From assembly GCA_004293285.1 (NCBI GenBank), contig RDYF01000026.1:6812-70811 (forward strand): a DNA stretch of 64,000 nucleotides, given 5' to 3'. Positions 19,501 to 26,257 of the stretch are shown here, in pieces; position 1 is the stretch's first letter, and each line of letters starts with the position of its first letter. Below the pieces are notes generated by a model. The model had not been told where the DNA came from and made no database searches. It worked only from the letters and a program-made list of their open reading frames with translations. Both the position numbers and the translations under genes were made by a program. Origin of the DNA: Verrucomicrobiota bacterium. Lineage in GTDB: Bacteria; Verrucomicrobiota; Verrucomicrobiia; Verrucomicrobiales; Akkermansiaceae.

Positions 19501-21740
19501 ACTTGATTTTCTCCGGCAAAAGACTGGCCCTTGACTTGACCATCGAGAACAATGCTTGGCGCAGAGACTTCGATGCGTCCGGCATTGGCACCCTGAGTAT
19601 AGCTTTGTTGGAATCGAATTCCCGCAGGAGCCAAGGCTCGCGTGAATCCTCGGACCACACCCCAACGTTGCGATGTTATGTTCGACACTCCCGTGTAAAC
19701 ACCTGAAAAGACTTGGTCAGGTGTGGCTTCGGCGATGTCGACAATTTGTCCATTCGATACCACCCGTGTGGTCTCTACAGTGCCACCCTCGAAGTTGGTC
19801 CAGCCGCCCGATAGATCAATGATCGACCCTTGACGGATGACCGCCGATTGTCCGGCGCTGATGGCGAGATTGCCGCCCGCTGTCGTCAATTGCGCGACAT
19901 TTCGCTCGATCAAACCAAGATATCCCACGAGGTCTGCTAGAGGCGTGCCAATCCATTCTCGGCCCTCATACACACCGCGGATATTGGCATCGACCACGAT
20001 TTCTTGCCCGCGCAATTCTCCCTCGCGTTGTAGCGGTGCCGGAGCGAGTTCGGAACCACGCAGCACGAGACGCAAGAGATTTTGCGTAACCGATGCTCGA
20101 GCATCGACTGTTCCCGCCAAATGGATTACGGATCCTTGGTCCAAATACACTTGTCCAGCCGACGGCAAGAAAAACGATAGAGGCAAGCTCGCTGAAGGAA
20201 GGAAAGACCACGAGCCGGCTTTGATCGCTAGGTCGGCACTGGGTGCCAAAACAATCGATCCTGTGGCGTGATGGATGGTCTTGCCCTCAATATTGATTTG
20301 CGACTTCAGCGCAAGTTCGGTGCCGATGGTTTTGGCGGTGCTCGCAATTTCCGGTAAAATGCGTGTGACGCTATCGGTGCCCATGACCACTTGACCCGAT
20401 TGTCGATTCACAAAAGGCAAACCCGAGTTGGGATTGGCAGCATCGAAACCCGCATTGCTCACGGCATCGTAATGCGCCTTGAGATCAATTCTGCCATTCA
20501 AAGCAACAGACGTCGAACTATCGATGATACCCGCATGGCGAATTTTCGCGCCGACCAATGTCGCATTCGCACGAGGGATGTCGATGATTCCCGTATGTGT
20601 CACTTGACCTGCATAAGGAGTCAGCAGCGAAGCAGGATCGGCAATCGCACCCACATAGACATCCAAACCACGCAATGAAGGATCGGACGAGCTATGAGGC
20701 GCAATGCCGACTTGCAAGCCCGCAGCTAAAATGACTTGTCCATTCGCCGAGCTCAATGTGCCGGCATTGTTGACATTGGCTCCGGCGAGAAAAATCCGAC
20801 CACCATTGCCATCCGCCGTCACGGGAGTGCGAATCTGCGCGCCCGCTTGCACGGTCACATCACCGATCCGCGCATTCGCTGACAGGTCGGGCGTGAAACC
20901 GGGAGTGCCGTTGATGCCTTGGGGAATGCTCAAGGAGCTGAACAAAAATTGTTGATCAGGATTGTTGACCAATCCTTGTGCGATCAGGTTCTCGTTGATG
21001 GGCAAAGAAGACGCCGTCAAGGTATGCACATTCACTTTGCTCGTGGCACCAAATACGATGCCATTGGTGTTGATGATGAACACTTGGCCCGGCGCGGAAA
21101 TCTGACCAAGAATCTGTGTTGGATTGCCGCTTGGGTCCAACACGCGATTGAAGGCAATGGATTGCGACGACGCACCCGATGCGGTTTGATCAAATCGCAA
21201 AATGGTATCGCGCCCAATGTTGAAGGTGTTCCAATGCAACAACGCTTGTTGCGCGTTTTGCTTGATCGTGACTTCGGTTTTGCCATTGACCGTCGCTTGT
21301 GTCGGCAAGTCGGCTCCTTTCCACCACTGAGCATCTTGTGCGACGCGCGAATCGATCTGCAAGCCTCCCGGGGCGAGACCATTGGCCACCGAAGGCAGAG
21401 GCTGGCCGGTGGTGGGATGCAGTCCGAGATGATTCGTTCCCGCAGTCTCCGCCGCTACACGCGCTGCTTCTTGCATCGCACGCACCGCATTCAACGCATT
21501 CGTCGTACGCGCTAACACATCATTCGCATTCGCACGAGCTGGCTGCAATTGTGTCGGCAACGCACCAGTGACCGCAGAGCCCGCGTTCGATGATGACCCC
21601 GGCGCGGTTGGAGCAGGAGCACGCAAGATGTCCCCTTGCACCAAAATCGGATGCATAAACACCAGACGTCCGACGAGCGAGACGAGCTTACGACTTTTCG
21701 CGCGAGCCGAGGATTGATCTTTTGGATGGGGTAACGACAT
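10539..21740 (-). CDS. Giant two-partner-secretion exoprotein (TpsA, filamentous-haemagglutinin family, PdtA-like), 3733 aa
   Basis: TPS/haemagglutination-activity signature at about aa 150-290: ALLHWNTFNIGRDTILRFDQ...IAFNRVLDPSGNPTQILGQISAPGQVFIINTNGIVFG. It is followed by >3000 aa of G/N/S/T/A-rich beta-helix-type sequence. The acidic C-terminus is ISLIDVEVLGYGGGEEEDDEENKEDSF. Confidence 0.85.
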   Translation of the reverse strand: MSLPHPKDQSSARAKSRKLVSLVGRLVFMHPILVQGDILRAPAPTAPGSSSNAGSAVTGALPTQLQPARANANDVLARTTNALNAVRAMQEAARVAAETAGTNHLGLHPTTGQPLPSVANGLAPGGLQIDSRVAQDAQWWKGADLPTQATVNGKTEVTIKQNAQQALLHWNTFNIGRDTILRFDQTASGASSQSIAFNRVLDPSGNPTQILGQISAPGQVFIINTNGIVFGATSKVNVHTLTASSLPINENLIAQGLVNNPDQQFLFSSLSIPQGINGTPGFTPDLSANARIGDVTVQAGAQIRTPVTADGNGGRIFLAGANVNNAGTLSSANGQVILAAGLQVGIAPHSSSDPSLRGLDVYVGAIADPASLLTPYAGQVTHTGIIDIPRANATLVGAKIRHAGIIDSSTSVALNGRIDLKAHYDAVSNAGFDAANPNSGLPFVNRQSGQVVMGTDSVTRILPEIASTAKTIGTELALKSQINIEGKTIHHATGSIVLAPSADLAIKAGSWSFLPSASLPLSFFLPSAGQVYLDQGSVIHLAGTVDARASVTQNLLRLVLRGSELAPAPLQREGELRGQEIVVDANIRGVYEGREWIGTPLADLVGYLGLIERNVAQLTTAGGNLAISAGQSAVIRQGSIIDLSGGWTNFEGGTVETTRVVSNGQIVDIAEATPDQVFSGVYTGVSNITSQRWGVVRGFTRALAPAGIRFQQSYTQGANAGRIEVSAPSIVLDGQVKGQSFAGENQVRNNLLSSSLPKAGSMILNFRGQQSTSPNFFITYPDSVDVVFEPNDDVPDVADFSLDENGNPTPIAESRRNLVQIDADVLQSRGMGSLTIHNELGRIIIPESTNITMGPGGALSLSASIIDVAGNVHAPGGQLSFRALNVSPFLTAVLLGQQVPELPTLQPGRGIFRLGANARLDVSGSITDDRTSSSGSTPVTIQGGSVSIQALSLNLEEKSVIDVSGGYALSPQGVGVFGDGGTITLKAGQDPLVSSITGGGLSLKGNLLGYSGKRGGTLSLQAPFLQIGGSTADADAFWIAPEFFSEGGFQRFLLRGLGNDQRDAITIKENTIIRPVQKILGAVAKAPGEGITVGAFEELFGRAPVEGERQPVSIHLSAPGVTDTLTGGLLSVGRIVMEANSLIQLESRGSFSAVANAVSIQGSIITPAGDIKISGASNSSSIFGDFARPLTTTHLGCNSVLSARGSVVLTPDPFGRRIGTVYSGGSITVEGNIVAESGALIDVSGTSGVLDIDPALANVFQPNLALNDNGVVSVPRVEQFVPVTVESNGGAIVLRGGQSLITDATLQAHAGGATALGGTLSVSSNRFYSLAEIESPADITLTIGQRGPTLTQPLLGNPLGQFVSSHLGSGQGFFQIDSFANGGFDSLSLGGVLQVREDVAIRARGEVKLADRGLLFGESALSIEAGAVSIGLPFQRPALPEEEVSPILFNNLPLIIPAKHGLGTMDIVANTIDVGGLSLQGTGSASLTAQNGDIRGNGTMIIAGDLKLKAAQIYPTTASEFQLIAYDYQNAQGAQKGSISIEQSGSRRLPLSAGGSLNVFASSIHHQGVLRAPFGSIRLGYDGTGDLPRDWFTGNARPFPVTTSLVLANGSITSVSGVDPQTGKGLVLPYGFSPNGNQWIDPRGVDITASGPPQKTVSLFGANITQEAGSTIDLRGGGDLYATRFVPGLGGPTDILDSTQRFAVIPGYDANIAPFAAFNDSQNVNNLIKGAPGYLNGQLNVGDRIYLSASKDLPAGYYTLLPARYALLPGALMVQANQQNSVGTVQTPDGAAIVTGVRYNALNQQRAFPSVGTRFEVVPAAVVRARAQYQDFSANAFLQQSATALNASIPLLPKDSGSLRISSSQSMDLRGTVLSPSISGGRGAEIDISSQLNLRISNQWSQASDAIQLNAQVLREFNAASLLIGGTRKRTESGVAVQVNSGSVIVDNEGVELVAEDIILAAKNQVTVSANSVIRSTSTTTASADKIVISGDGALLRVAADAQAELVRSNVTASTVPLLSIGSGARIQGGATIFDSTSRLSLDPTASLLSTASTFGAGKINILFDDTLTAPSNGLVLTNRTLRDLQSASSINLSSYSTIDLYGSGSFGSSQLTSLRLSASTIQGLQQNAGVTQITAREIVLQNPNQIAVAQPTQATNGTLRLVADRIRLGVNQTAAQHYAQVELQASRGILGESNGGFSVQSDLNVQTPRISGTAGSVRSITAGGNLVVTNASSTSNLVSSGLGASLRLIGNSIQMQSEIQLPSGSLSLESVGDITVGGSIDVAGTERNFGGARRYTSAGQVGLASQTGNIVIASTAKMDLSAKAAGGDAGALTLSAPQGRIELAGQLMGQAGRNGRNGSVAFDVSTLPTISAFAEKLSNSAFTQRQSFRVRQGDVTIDGNVQAREFRLYADQGSIEVSGRIAANGTEGGTIHLSAHRNLSLLDGAELDASAQKFSNAGKGGQVTLEAGSQRLGVVGSGVLDIRAGSLINLQVAEADLQSASRGKFTGQLHLRAPRINQDVAIQAISGQILGASSIIAEAYRLYDLTASGGTMTTAVQNQIRSDAESFLGTSGNASAGYSTMMNRLLSSQSLWASSLVLAPGAEIINRNGNLTLGTPTSTAAADWNLGNFRVGPNQAPGVLTLRASGNLVFHNALSDGFVSSAYTAPLLSRNLLLPANVQSWSYRLVAGADLSAAHFGQTLALPSLAAGNGSLLLGKNNGSNFSNSNGSNNTPGNNATTALALNNRFQVIRTGTGDISIHTGRSVQLLNQFATIYTAGTQVLDPTMGGRFDLPILDQSGGNVTLGAIQQNPTYPVQYTMAGGNVSLTAGQDIERITRNNQNQVIADSQRQLPNNWLYRRGFVDPLTGEFGTSRFGDVASTTWWVDFSNFFQGVGALGGGNVRMVAANNINNVDAVIPTNARMERGTPNASQMLELGGGDLLVRAGNDLDAGVYYVERGKGEISAGGNIITNATRSPSVTQLTGASNILDANTWLPTTLFVGKGGFDVTASGNLLLGPTANVFLLPVGINNTFWQKSYFSTYAADSYVNALSLGGNLTLRQSATLPVSGAGNTTSLLAAWIDRQQILRTNPVTSSFYQPWLRLAETSAEPFRTTVSLLPPTLSATALAGSVSLVGQMNLTPSSTGNVEILAANSIDGLQPNGRVTFNGTSTSWGAARINLSDANPAAIPGITSPFGYKTLVGNDLTQARSTRSGFLSFINRLFQETGATSGPFAALENKQTLHTPGILHRDDPNPLRLFAGTGDISGLTLFSSKFALIHAGRDLSDIAFYLQNARPSDATSVTAGRDIILSNANSPLRIAANRSGNVVNIDSIPLAGDIQISGNGTLQVLAGRNLDLGIGLDFTDGTGTGVTSIGNTRNPYLPSAGANLVLGAGIAQAFTLANSSLNWSGFIDQFVNTESGAKYLEKLAPGVNFSTLSEEEQSRLALGVFSLILRDAGRNFPTAQNYDIAERAIKLLMGENPAAGNIFTRARNIRTTAGGEIQLAMPGGGLTLADTVIGSPASPPGIITEFGGNISIFAQNNIDIGIGRIFTLRGGNQIIWSSKGDIAAGSSSKTITSAPPTRVLIDSQSAAVQTDLAGLATGGGIGALAAVAGVPLGDVDLIAPNGTVDAGDAGIRVSGNLNIAAQQVLNAGNISVGGNSVGTPTGPSAPSISAVTAANNANVNTTQSDAANRQDQESSEQELAQGISLIDVEVLGYGGGEEEDDEENKEDSF

Positions 21741-21770
21741 AACAAATCATGAAAAGAGGTTAGGGAATCG

Positions 21771-22625
21771 CTAGCGCTTGAGCAGCTTCAGCAATTCGAT
21801 TTCGTTGATCGCCAGAGGATGTTCTTGAAGCAATTGTGCCAGATACTCTTGACGAGCGACCTGCAAACGCTGCGCCCGCAGCTCTGCCGTCAATTGGTCT
21901 TTGATTTCAGCGAGGGTGGGCGTGCGTGCTTCTTTGGTCTCGTGCAATTTGACGATGTGCCAGCCATCATCCAACAAAATGGGAGCAGAAACTTTGCCGA
22001 CGACAAGCGACTTCACCACATCGCGCAAGCCGCTGTGGAGTTGACTCTCGGCCACCCAGCCAATCTCTCCTTGCGTCGTTGCCGCCTGAGGCTCGTCGGA
22101 GTACGTTGCCGCCAAGGAAGCAAAATTCGCATCAGCGGATTTGAGCTTGCCGACAATTTCATCGACACGTGCTTGGTCGCGCTTTTTCGCCACATAAATC
22201 TGAGCAATGCGATAGCTTTTCGGTATCAGAAGACCGCCTTTGGCTTTTTCGTATGCCGCTGCAAGTTCGGCTTCGGAAGGATATCCCTCCGGTAGCTTGC
22301 AGGCCGCATCGATGAAAGTCTCGGCAATCACGGCTTCTCGTGCACGGACGATTTTATGAACGACTTTAGGATCTTGATCCCAGGATTTTTCTTCCGCTTT
22401 TTTGAGAATCCATTTCTGAATCAGCAAGGCCCGCACGTATTCATTCAATGCTTCCGCACTCTTCGGGTGGATCGAACCGTTAGAAGATTCAAGCCCCGAA
22501 ATCATTTCTCGCAACTCCTCGGTCTTGACTTCAATGTCGCCGATTTTGCCCGCGACCGAATCGGCAGACGTCGGCAAGATGAGACTCCCTGAGAAAAATA
22601 AAATTGGTAAGATCGATGTTTTCAT
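21771..22625 (-). CDS. Periplasmic parvulin-type peptidyl-prolyl isomerase (SurA/PpiC-like)
   Basis: Signal peptide, then the rotamase domain SYRIAQIYVAKK...FASLAATYSDEPQAATTQGEIGWVAESQLHSGLRDVVKSLVVGKVSAPILLDDGWHIVKLHE. Confidence 0.75.
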   Translation of the reverse strand: MKTSILPILFFSGSLILPTSADSVAGKIGDIEVKTEELREMISGLESSNGSIHPKSAEALNEYVRALLIQKWILKKAEEKSWDQDPKVVHKIVRAREAVIAETFIDAACKLPEGYPSEAELAAAYEKAKGGLLIPKSYRIAQIYVAKKRDQARVDEIVGKLKSADANFASLAATYSDEPQAATTQGEIGWVAESQLHSGLRDVVKSLVVGKVSAPILLDDGWHIVKLHETKEARTPTLAEIKDQLTAELRAQRLQVARQEYLAQLLQEHPLAINEIELLKLLKR

Positions 22626-22636
22626 AGATTCTTTGC

Positions 22637-23284
22637 TTATGGTTTCTTCTCCGCGTGCAAACGCTGATTGATGATTTTTTGATGATAGTCTTGCACCAGA
22701 TTTTCGACTTTCACACGCGTGTTCCCAATGAACGGCTCACGCGCAGCCAATGATTTTCCTAACGCAAATTTTTGATAACGATCGAGCACTTCGATCGAGA
22801 TGTTGAACAGTTCGATGTTCTTGCGCTCGCGATCTTCGATGGTGTTTTTCAATTCGACAATGTTCGAGCGATGCGACTCCAATTCAGTGCGCAGTTGGTG
22901 AATGAGGGTGGTCGACTTCTGGTATCCCTTTTTCCACGAATCCAACGCTTCGGAAAACTCTTTCAAGCGCTGATCGCGATCGGCGATTTTGTTGTGCAAG
23001 CTCGCAATGGTTTTCTCGCTCGCTGCACGCTGTTGAGTGAGCTCTTGCGTGAGGCTGCTGTTGGTCTTTTCCAGCGCGCTCAATTTTTTCTCTAGTTCGG
23101 CGATTTTCCGAACACTCGACTCATGCAAAGCCACGGCATTGACCTTATCGGTCTCCGCCGTACGCAATTGCAACGCCGTTGCGCGCAATTGCTCGCGTAA
23201 ACGGTCTTCAGGAGATGCTTGATTTTGCGCAAACGCAAATGAAGAAAAAGGAAGCGTGAGAATAAAGATCAGTGATCGTTTCAT
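22637..23284 (-). CDS. Secreted coiled-coil protein, function unknown
   Basis: Signal peptide MKRSLIFILTLPFSSFAFAQ. I prefer the ATG at 23284 over the ORF-track start at 23302. The rest is heptad-rich (LREQLRATALQLRTAE...ELEKKLSALEKTNSSLTQELTQQ...). Confidence 0.55.
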   Translation of the reverse strand: MKRSLIFILTLPFSSFAFAQNQASPEDRLREQLRATALQLRTAETDKVNAVALHESSVRKIAELEKKLSALEKTNSSLTQELTQQRAASEKTIASLHNKIADRDQRLKEFSEALDSWKKGYQKSTTLIHQLRTELESHRSNIVELKNTIEDRERKNIELFNISIEVLDRYQKFALGKSLAAREPFIGNTRVKVENLVQDYHQKIINQRLHAEKKP

Positions 23285-23288
23285 GACA

Positions 23289-25088
23289 TCAGAAGTTGGC
23301 ATTCAATTCAAATTGGAAGATATCGACACCAAAGGGCGCACCGGAAACTTCATCGCAACTCATCCATCGCACTCCCGCACGGGTGTGCGGGTTGATGGCC
23401 ATGACTCCGCCGAGGCTGAATCCTTTGATGTTGGTTCCTGCAGAAAACTCCGAGTCGGTGAAACCATCAACCACCGCATCGGACTCGACGTAGCGATAGC
23501 CCATGGTCACACTCCAATCACCTCGCACTTCAAAGGCGGGTTTTCCAAACTGAAACAACATGTTGTAGGCATTGTTGCCGCCATCAAAGGCGCCACTGCC
23601 ATTGCGATTGTTGACCGCAATCGACTGCACCGAACCGGCATCAAAGGCGATGTTGCGCGAGTACTCGCTGATCAATGACAGGCGATGCCCCGAGAGCAGA
23701 TCATAGTCCAATCGACCCGTATTCGAGATCACTTGGAACGGTGTGGCGAGACCATAGTACTGGAATTGATTGATGGTGCCAAAGTTGTTCGCCGCCGTTG
23801 GCAAAATGTTGCGGATGGGCCGATAGGTGTTGCCACGTTGCGCAAAGCCTGGACGGGACGCATCGGTATCGCCGATGTCTTCCGGTGTCAGCGGAACAAA
23901 AGGCGACGACAGCTTGCCTTCGATGTTGTCGAAATCATAATACGCCGACGCCAGGCGGGCTGTCGTTTTTTCATTGATGCGCCAGTCGATCCCAACTTGT
24001 GCACCATACAACCACTTATCGTAGCTCTCAAACTTCTTCGGCTGATTGATCGCAAAATCGAGTGCCGTGTTGAAGATCGGGAAAAGGCCTCCTGCATAAA
24101 AGAATGTTAGATCGCGATTGAGCACCTGATTGCCTTTGAAGCCTATGCCATCGAATCCGATGTCTAAGTCCCATACGACATCTGTGGAAAAAAACGGATT
24201 GTCGAATCGACCCAACATGATGTTGAACTTCGAATCGCTCTCGTCGACAATCTTGATGTCGAGAAACGCGCGGTCAAGCCACAGCGGATAGCGGGAAAAG
24301 CTCCCTGGTCCGCCGCCCAAGGTTTGGTTGGTGGTAACGGGTGATGTGCCATTGCCCGTCGCCATGCGAATGCCTGCCATGAATCCGTCATCGATGTCGA
24401 TCTCAGCACCAAAGCGCGCGCGCTGAAGCATCCGCGAACGATTTTGGTCGACATTGAATTGAGGCGAAAACTGATTGCCTGTGGTATCAAAGGGCAAGCC
24501 TGTATTGATCACATTGAAATTCGGAAAGACGCCCGAATTGTCATTGCCATCGGCGTACATAAAACTTTGGTGTCGAGTCCGCAGATCGATAATCGGACGA
24601 ATGCGATTGGTCCACTGTGCAGCTTCCGGCTGGCCCCACTGCTGCTCGCTTGCTTCTGCGAGGATCTCTTGTTTGATCTCATCGCGAATGTTGTCTCTCA
24701 CCACCTTGGGCACATACGTGACGCTGACTTCATCCTCCTCGACGGCGGGCAAGACCGAAGGTGCCGTAGCAGTAGCAGCTGCGGCGGCTTTTGCTTCTGC
24801 TTCGGCTTGGGCAATCAGCGCCAATCCTTCTTCTTTTGTCAAAAGACCTTTTTTCACTAGCAAGGCCGTGAGATTGACTGCGACATTGGTCGATGGCTCG
24901 GGACGCGCTTCCTCCACGGGTGGTAAAATCTCATTGAGCTCAGCAGGCAAATCGGGAGTCGCGACTTGCGAAGGCAGCGCATCGATCTCGGGCAACTGAG
25001 TCGACTCTTGTGCCGCAGCCCACTGAATGGACATGCTTGTGGCAGCGACCAGCATGGGATGGATGCGATTGTTAGGATACCATTTCAT
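23289..25088 (-). CDS. Outer-membrane beta-barrel ('putative porin' type) with a long periplasmic N-terminal extension
   Basis: Signal peptide. The N-terminal segment LLVKKGLLTKEEGLALIAQAEAEAKAAAAA is typical of PVC putative porins. It has alternating aromatic/Gly beta-strand sequence and the C-terminal barrel signature ...FQFELNANF. Confidence 0.65.
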   Translation of the reverse strand: MKWYPNNRIHPMLVAATSMSIQWAAAQESTQLPEIDALPSQVATPDLPAELNEILPPVEEARPEPSTNVAVNLTALLVKKGLLTKEEGLALIAQAEAEAKAAAAATATAPSVLPAVEEDEVSVTYVPKVVRDNIRDEIKQEILAEASEQQWGQPEAAQWTNRIRPIIDLRTRHQSFMYADGNDNSGVFPNFNVINTGLPFDTTGNQFSPQFNVDQNRSRMLQRARFGAEIDIDDGFMAGIRMATGNGTSPVTTNQTLGGGPGSFSRYPLWLDRAFLDIKIVDESDSKFNIMLGRFDNPFFSTDVVWDLDIGFDGIGFKGNQVLNRDLTFFYAGGLFPIFNTALDFAINQPKKFESYDKWLYGAQVGIDWRINEKTTARLASAYYDFDNIEGKLSSPFVPLTPEDIGDTDASRPGFAQRGNTYRPIRNILPTAANNFGTINQFQYYGLATPFQVISNTGRLDYDLLSGHRLSLISEYSRNIAFDAGSVQSIAVNNRNGSGAFDGGNNAYNMLFQFGKPAFEVRGDWSVTMGYRYVESDAVVDGFTDSEFSAGTNIKGFSLGGVMAINPHTRAGVRWMSCDEVSGAPFGVDIFQFELNANF

Positions 25089-25113
25089 CTTTGTCTTGGA
25101 TGGATTGAATTGA

Positions 25114-25812
25114 TTAGGATTTTTGCATTTTGATGCGCATGCGAATCGGCATGGGCATGTCTTCGGGGGGAGCAGGAAACAACACGCCCATGAAGATTTG
25201 GCGTATGGTTTCGGATGAGAGAGAGCTTTCTTGCGATCGACGAAGAACGACGACTTTGTTGACTCGTCCTGTGCGATCGGCCCAGACCTTGAGCTCGAAA
25301 ACCAAGGCTTGGCCCTTGGTATCGGGATGAGCGGCGAGCGCAGACTTCAGAGTGTTTTGAATTCGACCAGCATACCAACCCCATCGCGATCCTTGACCAC
25401 GACCTGCACCACCATTGCCGCGACCACCTCCGGCATCATTGCCTGCGGTGAGTCCGTAGCCATTTGCGCCATCGCCTGTAATGCCTGTGCCCAAGTCGCC
25501 CGGCGCTTGATCAGGAGTCGCCGGAAGTTCGTCGGGCGGCGGCTCTTCTTCTGTGACCGGTTCTTGGGCGATCATTTCTTCGACCACTTCTTGCTCGGGC
25601 GCGTCGGGTGGAGTTTGCTCCGGCTCTTTCGTCGGTGGAGGTGGTGGCGGCTCGGGAGGCGGTGGTGGCGGCGGAACAAACACTTGAATGGGCTTGTTGT
25701 TCAGCGTCGGACGCTGTGAAGAACTTTTGCCGCTAGGCCATAGCGTATACGACAGCAACACCAGGACGATCCCAGCGGCCCAGTACCACTTTGTTGTTGC
25801 GAACTTGTTCAT
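25114..25812 (-). CDS. tonB: TonB-family energy transducer
   Basis: N-terminal TM helix (WYWAAGIVLVLLSY), a Pro-rich rod (PPPPPPPEPPPPPPTKEPEQTPPDAPE) and a C-terminal TonB-like domain. It overlaps the exbD stop by 4 nt. Confidence 0.7.
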   Translation of the reverse strand: MNKFATTKWYWAAGIVLVLLSYTLWPSGKSSSQRPTLNNKPIQVFVPPPPPPPEPPPPPPTKEPEQTPPDAPEQEVVEEMIAQEPVTEEEPPPDELPATPDQAPGDLGTGITGDGANGYGLTAGNDAGGGRGNGGAGRGQGSRWGWYAGRIQNTLKSALAAHPDTKGQALVFELKVWADRTGRVNKVVVLRRSQESSLSSETIRQIFMGVLFPAPPEDMPMPIRMRIKMQKS

Positions 25813-26246
25813 TTCTGTGTGGCCAATCCAATTTTTTCGATTTCTACCCGACCCAATACATCCAGCACATCCATGATGGTCTGATACTGCGAGGAACGAT
25901 CGCCGCGAACCACGACAGGTACATCGGCATTCTCTTGCTTGATGCTGGTGAGCTTGCTCTCCAGTTCCGTAAGGCTCACAGGAATGGTGTTGAGAAAAAT
26001 TTTCCCCTCAGGACTGATGGTGATCGCCTGAATTTTAGGCGTGCTCAAGTCGGCCGTCGCCGGCTTGCTGGAGGCTTGAGGCAAGTCCACTTTCAAACCC
26101 TGCACTCCCGCCGTCGTCATGATAATGAAGATCAACAAGAGTACAAGGTAGAGATCCACCATCGGCGTAACGTTGATGTCGTCGTAACTTTTTTCTTCAT
26201 CTCCTGCGTTCATAATGAAATCGATGGTTGTGATGGTTCGAGTCAA
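25809..26246 (-). CDS. exbD: ExbD/TolR biopolymer transport protein
   Basis: DINVTPMVDLYLVLLLIFIIMTT...VDLP...ISPEGKIFLN...VVVRGDRSSQYQTIMDVLDVL is the canonical ExbD layout. The alternative ATG at 26213 is possible. Confidence 0.85.
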   Translation of the reverse strand: MTRTITTIDFIMNAGDEEKSYDDINVTPMVDLYLVLLLIFIIMTTAGVQGLKVDLPQASSKPATADLSTPKIQAITISPEGKIFLNTIPVSLTELESKLTSIKQENADVPVVVRGDRSSQYQTIMDVLDVLGRVEIEKIGLATQK

Positions 26247-26257
26247 AGATCAGATGA

